DNA from: an uncultured bacterium
GTDB taxonomy: Bacteria; Cyanobacteriota; Vampirovibrionia; Gastranaerophilales; Gastranaerophilaceae
DNA: 44,469 bases
Direction of reading: 5' to 3'
NCBI GenBank assembly: GCA_902803265.1
Contig: CADCPD010000065.1
Location: forward strand, 1 to 44,469
Shown: positions 19,298 to 28,883 of the stretch, one piece after another
How positions within the stretch are numbered: position 1 is the stretch's first letter
Layout: each line of letters opens with the position of its first letter
Position numbers and translations under genes: made by a program
Notes under the pieces: generated by a model
Seen by the model: the letters and a program-made list of their open reading frames with translations, nothing else
Databases searched by the model: none
Told to the model about the DNA's origin: nothing

Positions 19298-19325
19298 TTG
19301 CAATATTACATGTTTGTTGTAATAT
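19298..19325 (+). promoter_or_regulatory. Candidate sigma-70 promoter TTGCAA-16 nt-TAATAT for the SLH-domain gene, overlapping an 8-bp inverted repeat
   Basis: -35 at 19298-19303 and -10 at 19320-19325. The inverted repeat ATATTACA-N7-TGTAATAT spans 19303-19325. Confidence 0.4.
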
Positions 19326-19374
19326 GAAAATGAAAAGAAAGATTTTAATTAAGAATAGATAAAAGGAGAACAAA

Positions 19375-20778
19375 ATGAAACTATCAAAATCTTTATTAGC
19401 ATTATCTGTATTAGCAATGGCTTCTTCAACAGCTATCGCAGCAGATACAAAAGTTGAAGCATATGCACACCCAACAATGTTTAATTCATCAGCAGTTGAA
19501 GTTGCTGAATCACCAAGAGGCGTTTATTTAGTTGGTGAAAAAATGTTAAAAGCAGCTCAAGATTATGCTATCGCAGGTAAAGAAAATGTATTAATAGATG
19601 CAGAATCAAAAGCATTAGCAGCAGATTTAGAAGCAATTTTAGGTAAAGCATTTGATTTAAAAACTCCTGCTTTACGTTCAGAAATGGCTCACGCTTTAGC
19701 TGAAGGTTTAGGTTTAAAAACTCCTGCAACAAGAAAATATACTTATAAAGATGTAAAAAATCACAAATTAGAATCTTACATCTACAGAGCTTTAGGTGCT
19801 AACGTAATGATTGGTTACCCTGATAAAAACTTCAGACCTGACCAAAGAATTACAAAAGCAGAAGTATTCGCTACTTTAGCTCAATTATTAACTAACACTC
19901 CAAGTTCTTCAGAATTAGGTTTATTAGCTAACAAATATGAAATGAAAGAAATTCCTAACTGGGCTATCGCTCCAACTGTAAAAGTTATGGATTCTGGTAT
20001 TTTAAACAACTTACCTGATTTAGCATCAGTTGCTAACGACAAATATTTAACAACTGAACAATTACAAAAATTAGTTGTTACTTTAAGCCACAGCAAATAT
20101 TACAACGCAGCTTACTTAGCAGATTCAGCTAATACAGCTACAGTAAGAGTTAAAATTAAAGAAAGAGTTGATGCTAGACACATTAACATTGGTGAAACAA
20201 TTTACGCTGAAACAACTGAAGCTTCAGTAGTTGCAGGTAAATCTTTCAAAGCTGGTTCTAAAGTAATCGGTGAAGTTGTTGAAGTTTCAAGACCTGGTGT
20301 TAAAAATCCTGGTTATGTAAAAGTTAAATTCAACACTATTAAAGACGGTTCAGTTAAAGCTGATTTCCCTACAAGCGTAACAAGCGCTTCAGTTGATACA
20401 GCTAAAACAACTAACTTTGTAGCTCGTTTAATTGCAACTCCTGTTTCAGCTGTTGCAAGAGTTGGCGGTACAGCTGCAAGATCAGTTTCTACAGAAGCTA
20501 TGAACATCTCTAATGATGGTGAAAGATATGTTGAAAACTGGTCAAATGCATTTGCTAACCTATTCTCATTACAACCTGTTGCAAGTTTAAGAAACGTTGG
20601 TAAATCATTCGTAACAGTTGGTTACTTCATCGCTGATACAGCTAAATTAGCAGTATCTGGTACATTCGGTGTTCTTTATGAATTAGGTGACGAAGTTAGA
20701 TACGTTATCTTACCTTCATCAACAAATGATTCAGCATTGAACCCTGGTGATGAATTAACAATCATCTACAACAAATAA
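19375..20778 (+). CDS. Secreted SLH-domain envelope protein
   Basis: Signal peptide MKLSKSLLALSVLAMASSTAIA. SLH motif: YKDVKNHKLESYIYRALGANVMIGYPDKNFRPDQRITKAEVFATLAQLL. Composition is Ala/Val/Thr/Ser-rich, unlike the neighbouring genes. It has a strong RBS (AAAAGGAGAA) and its own terminator. Confidence 0.8.
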   Translation: MKLSKSLLALSVLAMASSTAIAADTKVEAYAHPTMFNSSAVEVAESPRGVYLVGEKMLKAAQDYAIAGKENVLIDAESKALAADLEAILGKAFDLKTPALRSEMAHALAEGLGLKTPATRKYTYKDVKNHKLESYIYRALGANVMIGYPDKNFRPDQRITKAEVFATLAQLLTNTPSSSELGLLANKYEMKEIPNWAIAPTVKVMDSGILNNLPDLASVANDKYLTTEQLQKLVVTLSHSKYYNAAYLADSANTATVRVKIKERVDARHINIGETIYAETTEASVVAGKSFKAGSKVIGEVVEVSRPGVKNPGYVKVKFNTIKDGSVKADFPTSVTSASVDTAKTTNFVARLIATPVSAVARVGGTAARSVSTEAMNISNDGERYVENWSNAFANLFSLQPVASLRNVGKSFVTVGYFIADTAKLAVSGTFGVLYELGDEVRYVILPSSTNDSALNPGDELTIIYNK

Positions 20779-20801
20779 TTATTATTTGAATAAATGATTA
20801 A

Positions 20802-20833
20802 AAGAGACTGACTTGATAGTCAGTCTCTTTTTT
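20802..20833 (+). terminator. Rho-independent terminator (AAGAGACTGAC-TTGATA-GTCAGTCTCTT + T-run)
   Basis: 11-bp perfect stem, 6-nt loop and T6, located 24 nt after the SLH gene stop. Confidence 0.85.
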
Positions 20834-20883
20834 ATTCTGTCAGCTAATAGAAAAATTTTTATTTAGTTTTAAAAATATTTATT

Positions 20884-22245
20884 ATGACAAAAGTTGTTAT
20901 CATTGGTGGTGTTGCAAGCGGTTCAAAAGCTGCTTTTAAACTCAAACGATTAAAACCGGAATTTAATATTACTATTTACACAAAAGAGCATAATGTCTCT
21001 TATTCTGCTTGCGGAATGCCATATTATATCGGTGGAATTATTAAAGATATTGAAAAACTAATTATAAGAAGGGTTGACGATTTTAAAAAATCCGGAATTG
21101 ATGTTAAAAATTTACATGAAGTTTTAAAGATTCTTCCTAACCAAAAAAGAATTTTGGTTCGAGATTTAAAAAGCGGAATGGAATTTTTTGATAATTATGA
21201 CAAATTAATCATTGCAACGGGAGCTTGTCCGTTTATTCCTGAGATACAAGGGATTGATTTAAGCAATGTATATACATTAAGAACTCTAAATGACGGAAGA
21301 AAAATAAAAAAGAAACTTTTACACAGTGAAAGAGCTTTGATTATTGGTGGAAATTATATTGGTGTAGAACTAGCAGAAAGTTTTATTCATCACAAAGTTA
21401 CAACAACTATTGTTGAAAAGAATTCTCATTTAATGAAATTTTTTGATGATGATATGGGAACTCTTATACAAAATAATATAAAAAATATAAGTCATGATTA
21501 TCTTAATATTTTAAATTCGGACACTGTTACAGAACTAAAAAAAACAGAAGACAATGATATTGAAGTTATAACAAAAAACGGCTATCGAACGGTCGTTGAT
21601 TTTGTTATTGTAGCTGCAGGTGTAAGACCTAGTGTAAAACTAGCAGTTAATGCCGGTATTGAACTTGGAGAAAGCGGTGCAATTAAAGTAGATAACAAAA
21701 TGAGAACAAATATTGAAGATATTTGGGCAATAGGAGATTGTGCCGAAAAATTGCATTTAATTTCAAAAAAGAATATCTTTGCACCATTGAGTTCTATTGC
21801 AAATAAAGAAGGCAGAATTTGTGCGTTAAATATTGCCGGAAGAGAAGCTAAAACTTTTAACGGTATTATTGGTTCGTCTGTTGTAAAATATTTTGATTTT
21901 TCTATGTCAAAATCCGGCTTAGCAGATTTTGAAGCAAGAGAATTAGGTTTTGAACCTGTTTCTGTAATTATTACAAATCTGGATAAATCAAAATATATGC
22001 CGGAAGCTAAGGAAATAACAATTAAGCTTACAGCAGATAAAAATACACATAAATTACTGGGGGTTCAGTGTATTGGTTTTGGTGATGCAGACAAACGTGT
22101 AAATATTCTTGCAACAGCACTTTTAAAAGAATTTACTGTTGAAGAGCTTGTTAACATTGACCTTACTTATTCTCCGCCAATTTCGATAAGTATTGATCCT
22201 ATATTAATTGCAACTTATAAATTAATAGAAAAATTAGAAAACTAA
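20884..22245 (+). CDS. Pyridine nucleotide-disulfide oxidoreductase (CoA-disulfide reductase / NADH oxidase family)
   Basis: FAD-binding motif VVIIGGVASGSKAA, redox Cys context SYSACGMPYY, NAD-binding motif LIIGGNYIGVELAE and GDCA. 453 aa. Confidence 0.88.
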   Translation: MTKVVIIGGVASGSKAAFKLKRLKPEFNITIYTKEHNVSYSACGMPYYIGGIIKDIEKLIIRRVDDFKKSGIDVKNLHEVLKILPNQKRILVRDLKSGMEFFDNYDKLIIATGACPFIPEIQGIDLSNVYTLRTLNDGRKIKKKLLHSERALIIGGNYIGVELAESFIHHKVTTTIVEKNSHLMKFFDDDMGTLIQNNIKNISHDYLNILNSDTVTELKKTEDNDIEVITKNGYRTVVDFVIVAAGVRPSVKLAVNAGIELGESGAIKVDNKMRTNIEDIWAIGDCAEKLHLISKKNIFAPLSSIANKEGRICALNIAGREAKTFNGIIGSSVVKYFDFSMSKSGLADFEARELGFEPVSVIITNLDKSKYMPEAKEITIKLTADKNTHKLLGVQCIGFGDADKRVNILATALLKEFTVEELVNIDLTYSPPISISIDPILIATYKLIEKLEN

Positions 22246-22487
22246 ACTTTATTTTCTTCAGGTTGACCTACTAATTTAACTAATAATTTAATAACTTTTG
22301 GCATTTGGCAAACAAAAGAATAATTCCCTGCTGAAAGAGAACACTTTGAGCAATCACATTTAATGTTATAGCATTCAATTGCTTGTTCAGTCCAGTTTTG
22401 TGTTAATGAATCAGAAATTTCACCATTGTTCTGAGGATAAAAATCCTCTCTTGTTCCAATGATTGAATTTGTCATACTTAAAGCCAT
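22242..22487 (-). CDS. Small Cys-rich hypothetical protein (81 aa)
   Basis: A strong RBS (GGGGGAAGG) lies 7 nt upstream of the ATG. Cys cluster: CYNIKCDCSKCS ... FVC. It is the last gene after TPR-engB. Its 3' end overlaps the convergent oxidoreductase gene by 4 nt. Confidence 0.55.
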   Translation of the reverse strand: MALSMTNSIIGTREDFYPQNNGEISDSLTQNWTEQAIECYNIKCDCSKCSLSAGNYSFVCQMPKVIKLLVKLVGQPEENKV

Positions 22488-22557
22488 TTGATACCTTCCC
22501 CCTGTAAGTGTATTTACTATTTAAGTACTTACAATATCATTTTAACAGGTGGGTATA

Positions 22558-23151
22558 TTAAGTTTCATCCTTTATTTGGAGGATATTGTCAAATATATAT
22601 TTTATGACTTCTTCATTGTATCTTGTATTTTTAGAAGTAAAAAGTAAAACTTCTTCGCCAAACGATTTTTTTATTTCTTGAATTCGCTTATTTAAATCAT
22701 TTTGTTTAACTAAATCAACTTTTGAAAGAATAGTCAATGTATCTAAATTATTATGATTAAGCCATTCTCTCATTTGAAAATCATTTTTTTGAATTTCATG
22801 TCTGGCATCAACAAATTGAATAAGTTTGACAATTTGAGTTCTCTTTAGGAGATATTGTTCCAAATTTTTTTGCCAGTCATCCTGCATACCTTGAGAAACT
22901 TTTGCATAACCGTATCCCGGTAAATCTGTGATGATAAATTTATTTGAAAAATTAAAAAAGTTTATAAGTCTGGTTTTTCCCGGAGTGTTAGACGTTTTTG
23001 CGAGTTTTTTATTATTTGCCAAGCCATTTATAAATGAAGATTTACCAACATTAGAACGTCCGATTAGGGCAATTTCGGGCAAGCCGTAATCTGGGCATTG
23101 AGATAATTTTGCCGCACTTATTAAAAATTTTCCGTCCAGTGATTTTTTCAT
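22558..23151 (-). CDS. engB: Ribosome biogenesis GTPase YihA/EngB
   Basis: G1 GRSNVGKSS, G3 DLPGYGYA, G4 SKVD. The 197-aa length is typical. Confidence 0.92.
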   Translation of the reverse strand: MKKSLDGKFLISAAKLSQCPDYGLPEIALIGRSNVGKSSFINGLANNKKLAKTSNTPGKTRLINFFNFSNKFIITDLPGYGYAKVSQGMQDDWQKNLEQYLLKRTQIVKLIQFVDARHEIQKNDFQMREWLNHNNLDTLTILSKVDLVKQNDLNKRIQEIKKSFGEEVLLFTSKNTRYNEEVIKYIFDNILQIKDET

Positions 23152-23152
23152 T

Positions 23153-24988
23153 TTATCTTAATTTTTTTTCTAATTTTTTAATTTTTCTGTTTATTTTTCT
23201 TATTTCACGTTTTGTATGGTCATAAGCTAAATATTTTTGATAATTGTATATCGCATCATAATAGCTCTTGTCTTTTTCATTTGCTTTAGCCAGTAATAAT
23301 AAAGCATCCACATTTGATGGATTAAAGTTTAGAGAACGTGTTGCATATTCTCTTGCCAATATATAGTTTTTCTTTTCAAAAAAGACTGTTCCGTCTTCAA
23401 GTAAAGCCTTTGAACGATTTTCGGTTTTTAAAATGTACTCAAAGTTACTTAAAGCAATTTTATTATCTCTGTCTTTTGAAAGAGCTTTTCTTAAAGCTCT
23501 TTTTGCAGGTGTAAAGTGTTTATGATATGTTAATATTTCCGCTAAATATAAGTCATCTTTAAGAGTTTTTGTACTGTATATAGCTTGTTCAAACATTTCA
23601 TTAGCATGAGCGATATCATCTAATACAAAATATGCTTCTCCTTTTGTAACCATATCATTGGTATTTTTTACAGGGAAGTTAACAAGTTGAGCTAACAAAT
23701 CTTTTTGATTAAATTTTTGATTAGCCACATTCATTAATTTTATTTTTGCCAAATATAATTCTAAATCTTTAGGATTTGCTGCAATAGCTTTATTTACGTT
23801 GTCCAGAGCTTTTACAAAGTTTTGAGTTGAACCTATTGCATTTTTAGCTGAGGCAACTTTTGCAAGTTCAAAATATGTTGCAGAAACTCCTTTTAGTGCT
23901 TCTTCATTATATTTTGGAACTCCTAAAAGAGATGAATAATATTTTAAGGCTTGATCATATTTTCCTGTTGCATAACTGATATCTGCTATTTTTAATTTTG
24001 CATCATACAAATTCGGATTTGTAACAGATACGGTTTTTAATTGTTCAATAGCGAATTCGCTATCTGCACGTTTTTCATAAATTTCTGCCAAATTTAAATA
24101 TGGTTGAATATTTTCCGGTGAAATAGCACTTGATTTTCTAAACGCTGCTATTGCAGCTGCTTCATTACCTTGATTTCTGTATATCTCACCGAATAAATTA
24201 TATATTGAAGATGAATTTGGATTTATGCATAGTGCATTGTTCAAATATGTCAAAGCTTGAGAATAATCTGTTCTTTTGTTTGCAAGTTGAGCTAAATGAT
24301 AATAAGCAGTTGCATTATTTGGGTTTAATTTTATAGATTTCTTAAATTTTGTTTCAGCTTCATTTAAATTATTGTGCAAATAATCAATTGTTCCCAAATT
24401 ATCTATTGCATTTGCGTATTGTGAATCAATTGACAAAGCCTTCTCGAACATCTCTTGTGCTTTTTCAATATTTTTCATTTTTAATTCGCAAATACCAAGC
24501 TCATTATATGCAGCATAATGTCTTGGATTTAAAAGAGTTGTAACCGTAAATTGATCTTTCGCTGAAGAGATTAAATAATCTTTATTTGCTTGGTAGTCCA
24601 TATTGGAAGATTTTAATCTTGCAAGATGAATTAAACCTTGTGCATAATGTAAATCAGCATTTTGAGGATGTGTTTTAAGTAAATTATTTAATTCTTTTTG
24701 CGCAGCATCTAATTTATTTTGTTTTACCTGAAGTAAAATTTTCAAACTTTTTGCATTAATATCATTTGGATTAGATTTTAACATCGCATTAATTTTGGTT
24801 TCAGCTTGACGAAGATTACCATATTCTATATTTTTTAATGTTGAAATATTTGCATTATAAGTTGTTTCAATTTTTGCATTTATTTTTTGTGTAGGCTTTG
24901 CTTTATTAGCATTAGTTGTTGTTGCTGCATTTGCTGTTGTACCTAAAATTAATAGTGCTGATAAAGTTAATGCTAGTTTTTGCTTCAT
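23153..24988 (-). CDS. Secreted TPR-repeat protein (611 aa)
   Basis: Signal peptide MKQKLALTLSALLILGTTANA, followed by about 14 TPR-like repeats (recurrent A..Y/L..G..A.. patterns). The engB start lies 1 nt after its stop. Confidence 0.75.
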   Translation of the reverse strand: MKQKLALTLSALLILGTTANAATTTNANKAKPTQKINAKIETTYNANISTLKNIEYGNLRQAETKINAMLKSNPNDINAKSLKILLQVKQNKLDAAQKELNNLLKTHPQNADLHYAQGLIHLARLKSSNMDYQANKDYLISSAKDQFTVTTLLNPRHYAAYNELGICELKMKNIEKAQEMFEKALSIDSQYANAIDNLGTIDYLHNNLNEAETKFKKSIKLNPNNATAYYHLAQLANKRTDYSQALTYLNNALCINPNSSSIYNLFGEIYRNQGNEAAAIAAFRKSSAISPENIQPYLNLAEIYEKRADSEFAIEQLKTVSVTNPNLYDAKLKIADISYATGKYDQALKYYSSLLGVPKYNEEALKGVSATYFELAKVASAKNAIGSTQNFVKALDNVNKAIAANPKDLELYLAKIKLMNVANQKFNQKDLLAQLVNFPVKNTNDMVTKGEAYFVLDDIAHANEMFEQAIYSTKTLKDDLYLAEILTYHKHFTPAKRALRKALSKDRDNKIALSNFEYILKTENRSKALLEDGTVFFEKKNYILAREYATRSLNFNPSNVDALLLLAKANEKDKSYYDAIYNYQKYLAYDHTKREIRKINRKIKKLEKKLR

Positions 24989-25081
24989 ATCCTAATCTTC
25001 CGTTATCTTTTGTTAAAATTTTCTCAAAATAATGTAAATATTGTATAATACTAACGTTAAAAAATCAATATAACTGGTATT

Positions 25082-26005
25082 ATGGCTCTTTTAGAAACTT
25101 CAAAACAGTATTTAGAAATGTTTAAAACATATTTAATTGTTGAGAAAAATTTTTCTCAACATACTTTAAGAGCTTACGTGTCAGACATTTTAACGTTTTT
25201 AATATGGCTAAAAGATATTCCTTGTGAAAAAGTTAATTATACAAAACTTAGAGAATATCTCTATTTTATCCAAAAATTTGACTATAAAAAAACTACAGTT
25301 GCAAGAAAACTTGCCTCTGTCAGAACTTTTTATAAATTTTTATACAAAGAAAAAATAATGGAGATAAATCCTGCTGTAAATTTAAATTCTCCAAAACGCC
25401 CAAAATCTTTGCCAAAATTTTTAACACAAGATGAAATGGAAAAGATTTTGAATAACGTAAAAATGGATACACCTGCGGGTTACAGAAATAAAGCAATATT
25501 AGAACTTCTTTGGGCAACAGGAATGCGTATCAGCGAATTAAGCGGACTCAATTTTGGAGATTTAAATCTTGAAAATAATGAAATTAGAGTTTTTGGTAAA
25601 GGGGCTAAAGAAAGAATTGTTCTTGTTACAGATAGAGCAAAAACTTATTTGCAAAGATACATAGAAAACGCAAGACCTCTGATTGCTAAAGGTTTTCGTT
25701 TAGAAGAAATAACCGAGTCAACTCCTGTATTTATAAACAATACAGGGTATCGTCTTCAAAATAAAACCGTTAGAAACGCTATTAAAAATGTCGTTGAAAA
25801 TATTGAACTTCCTAAAAGAGTAACACCTCACATGTTCAGACACAGTTTTGCGACAAAATTAATTGAAAATGGAGCAGATTTAAGGGTTGTTCAAGAACTA
25901 TTGGGTCATGCCAGTATTTCTAATACACAAATTTATACTCACATTAGCACAAAGCGGTTACAAGATGTATATGATGCTGCTCACCCGAGAGATTCCCTTG
26001 ATTAA
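25082..26005 (+). CDS. Tyrosine recombinase, XerC/XerD family
   Basis: N-terminal SAM-like core-binding domain (FSQHTLRAYVSDILTFLIWL). Catalytic motifs: ATGMRISEL (Arg), HMFRHSFAT (HxxR), LGHASISNTQIYTH (His and Tyr). 307 aa. Confidence 0.88.
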   Translation: MALLETSKQYLEMFKTYLIVEKNFSQHTLRAYVSDILTFLIWLKDIPCEKVNYTKLREYLYFIQKFDYKKTTVARKLASVRTFYKFLYKEKIMEINPAVNLNSPKRPKSLPKFLTQDEMEKILNNVKMDTPAGYRNKAILELLWATGMRISELSGLNFGDLNLENNEIRVFGKGAKERIVLVTDRAKTYLQRYIENARPLIAKGFRLEEITESTPVFINNTGYRLQNKTVRNAIKNVVENIELPKRVTPHMFRHSFATKLIENGADLRVVQELLGHASISNTQIYTHISTKRLQDVYDAAHPRDSLD

Positions 26006-26132
26006 TATTAAGTTTTACAAAGTAACTTATAATACTATATTTATTGAATTTTAGAATATTTCTTTAAAATTTATTTCTTATATATTAATGTTTAAAAAAA
26101 TAATTCCGATAGAAGTATTAAGGAGTATTATT

Positions 26133-26552
26133 GTGAATAATTCTACGCAACAATTAAGATTAAATTTTCTTACACTAAGATTGCATGACCTTGATGCAAA
26201 TGCTCAAAGTATTTCATCGCAAAAAATGAATTTAATGTATCAAGCTCAGAATCTTAGTACAGAAACTTTTAATCCTGCAAGTGGAATCTCTTTTGGTGGA
26301 ACAGCAACCGATAATACTGAATGGGCAATAGACGGAGATGATTTTAATTTTGAAGACATGTCTTTCGACAACCCTGCGGAAAATCAACAAGTTAATAAAG
26401 AAGCCTTAGCCGAACAATTAAAAGAAATTAGCGAACAAGAAAAAATACTTGATATGCAATTAATTCAAATTAATACTGAACGAACAGCAGTAAAAACTGA
26501 GCGAGATTCTTTAAAAGAAAAAATGGATAATGATAATAACACAGAAAATTAA
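26133..26552 (+). CDS. Hypothetical acidic coiled-coil protein
   Basis: The in-frame GTG at 26133 is preceded by AAGGAG (26121-26126). The track ATG at 26088 has no SD. The protein has an N-terminal helix, an acidic D/E/N-rich middle and a C-terminal coiled coil. I recognise no family. Confidence 0.5.
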   Translation: MNNSTQQLRLNFLTLRLHDLDANAQSISSQKMNLMYQAQNLSTETFNPASGISFGGTATDNTEWAIDGDDFNFEDMSFDNPAENQQVNKEALAEQLKEISEQEKILDMQLIQINTERTAVKTERDSLKEKMDNDNNTEN

Positions 26553-26658
26553 ACTCTTTTTTATGTTTGATTACAATTAATTTAATAAATTTTTAAAGCC
26601 CCTTTTTGTTATTTACAAATATTTTTATTTCATATATCATTAAATAAAAGGGGTTTTT

Positions 26659-27375
26659 ATGGAATTAAGATATAACAGAATACTGTTAAAAATTAGTGGT
26701 GAAGCACTTATGGGGAAACAGGATTTTGGTATTGATTATGAACCTGTTCAAATGATTGCTAAAGAAATTAAAAACATTCACAATATCGGTGTAGAAGTTG
26801 CTGTTGTTGTGGGTGGCGGTAATATTTTCAGAGGTATGAAAAACAGTACCAAACTTGGAATGGATAGAGCTTCAGGTGATTATATGGGTATGCTTGCAAC
26901 TGTTATGAATGCTCTTGCACTACAATCAGCATTAACTCAAATTAATGTGGACTGCAGAGTTCAGACCGCAATTGACATGAATCAAATAGCAGAACCTTAC
27001 AGAAGATTTAAAGCAATAAGACATTTAGAAAAAAATCGTGTTGTAATATTTGCAGCAGGAACCGGTAACCCATTCTTTACAACTGATACAGCATCAGCAC
27101 TAAGAGCTTCTGAAATTGGTGCTCAGGCAATGCTTATGGCTAAAAACGGTGTAGATGGCGTTTACGATGATGATCCTAATGTTAATCCAAATGCTAAAAA
27201 ATTAGAAAATATTAATTACGATGATATCATTAAAAACGGATTAAAAGTAATGGATACATCAGCTTGTTCTTTGTGTAAAGAAAATAATATTCCTATTATA
27301 GTATTTGATTTTAAAGCTAAAGGAAGCATTGAAAAAATTGTTTACGGTGAAAAAATAGGAACTTATGTAGGTTAA
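26659..27375 (+). CDS. pyrH: UMP kinase
   Basis: [23 protein letters not shown] and [12 protein letters not shown] are classic PyrH motifs. 238 aa. Confidence 0.95.
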   Translation: MELRYNRILLKISGEALMGKQDFGIDYEPVQMIAKEIKNIHNIGVEVAVVVGGGNIFRGMKNSTKLGMDRASGDYMGMLATVMNALALQSALTQINVDCRVQTAIDMNQIAEPYRRFKAIRHLEKNRVVIFAAGTGNPFFTTDTASALRASEIGAQAMLMAKNGVDGVYDDDPNVNPNAKKLENINYDDIIKNGLKVMDTSACSLCKENNIPIIVFDFKAKGSIEKIVYGEKIGTYVG

Positions 27376-27408
27376 TAATATAGAAAATAATATAAGAAAG
27401 AGGTAAAT

Positions 27409-27969
27409 ATGTCATTAGATGAATTATTTTTAAACGGTGAAGAAAAAATGGAAAAAGCACTTGAACAGTTAAATCGTGAATTTAAGACTGTTAGAACCGG
27501 AAGAGCAAATCCTAATATTTTAGACAGAGTTAATGTTGAATACTATGGAGCGCCTACTCCATTAAGACAAATGGCTCAAGTAACCGTTCAAGATGGCACA
27601 ACTCTTGTTATAGCACCATTTGATAAATCAATTCTTAAAGAAGTTGAAAAAGCATTAACAAAAGCTGAATTAGGTGTTATGCCAAACAATGACGGTATTG
27701 TTATTCGTATGATTTTCCCACCTCTAACTGAAGAAAAAAGAAAAGAAATTACAAAAGACGTTAAAAAATTCGGCGAAGATTCAAAAGTTGCAATAAGAAA
27801 TATCAGACGTGATATGACTGATGCTTTGAAAAAACTTGAAAAATCAGAAAATCTTCCTGAAGATGTTGTTAAAGATAATCAAGATAAAATTCAAAAATTA
27901 ACTGATAAATATACAGGTAAAATTGAATCTATGGTTAGCGAAAAAGAAAAAGAGGTTTTAACCGTATAA
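27409..27969 (+). CDS. frr: Ribosome recycling factor
   Basis: 186 aa with RTGRANPNILDRVNVEYYG and IRNIRRD motifs. It follows pyrH, as in most bacteria. Confidence 0.95.
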   Translation: MSLDELFLNGEEKMEKALEQLNREFKTVRTGRANPNILDRVNVEYYGAPTPLRQMAQVTVQDGTTLVIAPFDKSILKEVEKALTKAELGVMPNNDGIVIRMIFPPLTEEKRKEITKDVKKFGEDSKVAIRNIRRDMTDALKKLEKSENLPEDVVKDNQDKIQKLTDKYTGKIESMVSEKEKEVLTV

Positions 27970-28883
27970 TGGATGAAAAAACAAATCCTAAAAAATCAAT
28001 AGTTCAAAGAGCATTAACAGGTGTAATTTTTGGTTTAATTGCTTTGTTTTGTATTATTTTTGGTGGATTTCCTTTGTTATTACTTTTAATGATTGTAATA
28101 GTTTTAGGTTCAAAAGAATACGTACATATTTTACAACATAAAGGGTTTTATCCAAGTTTGAAAGTTATTTTGGCTTTAAATACTGTAATGGCTGTTTTTG
28201 CATACTTTAATTGTAAATTTTTAATGCCAATGGTATTTACTTTAGGTGTAATAATATCCTTTATGTGGGTATTGTTCAAAGGAAGACAACCATATATTGC
28301 TAATGTCGCAACTACTCTTTTAGGTTTTGTTTATTGTGGCTGGTGCCCATTACAAATGCTTTTTTTGAGAGATTTGGGTACAACCAATAATACATCTTAC
28401 ATGCAAATGATTTTTAAAACTAATATTTTAAGTGCAGGCTTAGGTTACGTTGTCTTTTTACTTTTACTTGTAATAATGACAGATATTGGTTGTTTTTATG
28501 CCGGAAAATTTTTTGGCAAACATAAACTTGCACCTGTTGTAAGTCCTAATAAAACAGTGGAAGGTGCTATTGGAGGTGCTATTTCTGCTGTTATTTTGGG
28601 TATGATTTGCGGTTATTTTATGGGACTACCTTGGTACCATTCTTTTATAATGGGATGTTTGGTTACTGTTTTTGCTCAAATTGGTGATTTGTCGGAATCT
28701 TTACTTAAACGTGATGCAGGAGTTAAAGATTCAGGTGATTTATTACCGGGTCATGGAGGATTTTTAGACAGAACCGACAGTTATATTTTAACTATTCCTG
28801 TTTTATATTATTACTGTTTATATTTTGTTCAATCTAATGATTTATTAAACAATATTATTGCTTTTGTTAAAGGACTATTTTAG
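27969..28883 (+). CDS. cdsA: Phosphatidate cytidylyltransferase
   Basis: Multi-TM protein with the CTP_transf_1 signature SLLKRDAGVKDSGDLLPGHGGFLDRTDS. Its start overlaps the frr stop (TAATG). Confidence 0.92.
   Translation: MDEKTNPKKSIVQRALTGVIFGLIALFCIIFGGFPLLLLLMIVIVLGSKEYVHILQHKGFYPSLKVILALNTVMAVFAYFNCKFLMPMVFTLGVIISFMWVLFKGRQPYIANVATTLLGFVYCGWCPLQMLFLRDLGTTNNTSYMQMIFKTNILSAGLGYVVFLLLLVIMTDIGCFYAGKFFGKHKLAPVVSPNKTVEGAIGGAISAVILGMICGYFMGLPWYHSFIMGCLVTVFAQIGDLSESLLKRDAGVKDSGDLLPGHGGFLDRTDSYILTIPVLYYYCLYFVQSNDLLNNIIAFVKGLF

Noticed and set aside
19303-19325. Inverted repeat ATATTACA-N7-TGTAATAT as a metal-regulator operator for the divergent CDF gene
   Set aside because: It is AT-only with 8-bp arms and coincides with the candidate -35/-10 of the SLH gene. 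I cannot distinguish an operator from promoter sequence, and no regulator gene is adjacent.
25082-26087. Tyrosine recombinase as a phage or ICE integrase marking a mobile element, and a nearby dif site
   Set aside because: Its length, N-terminal SAM-like domain and catalytic motifs fit chromosomal XerC/XerD. It is flanked by housekeeping genes with no adjacent tRNA or direct repeats. I could not find a convincing dif-like 28-bp palindromic site in the flanks.
26596-26658. Possible anti-SD pairing (CCCCTTTT at 26599-26606 with AAAAGGGG at 26646-26653) upstream of pyrH
   Set aside because: The stem has only 8 bp and an ~39-nt AT-rich loop. I saw no supporting attenuator or PyrR-binding-like elements. 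It could easily arise by chance.
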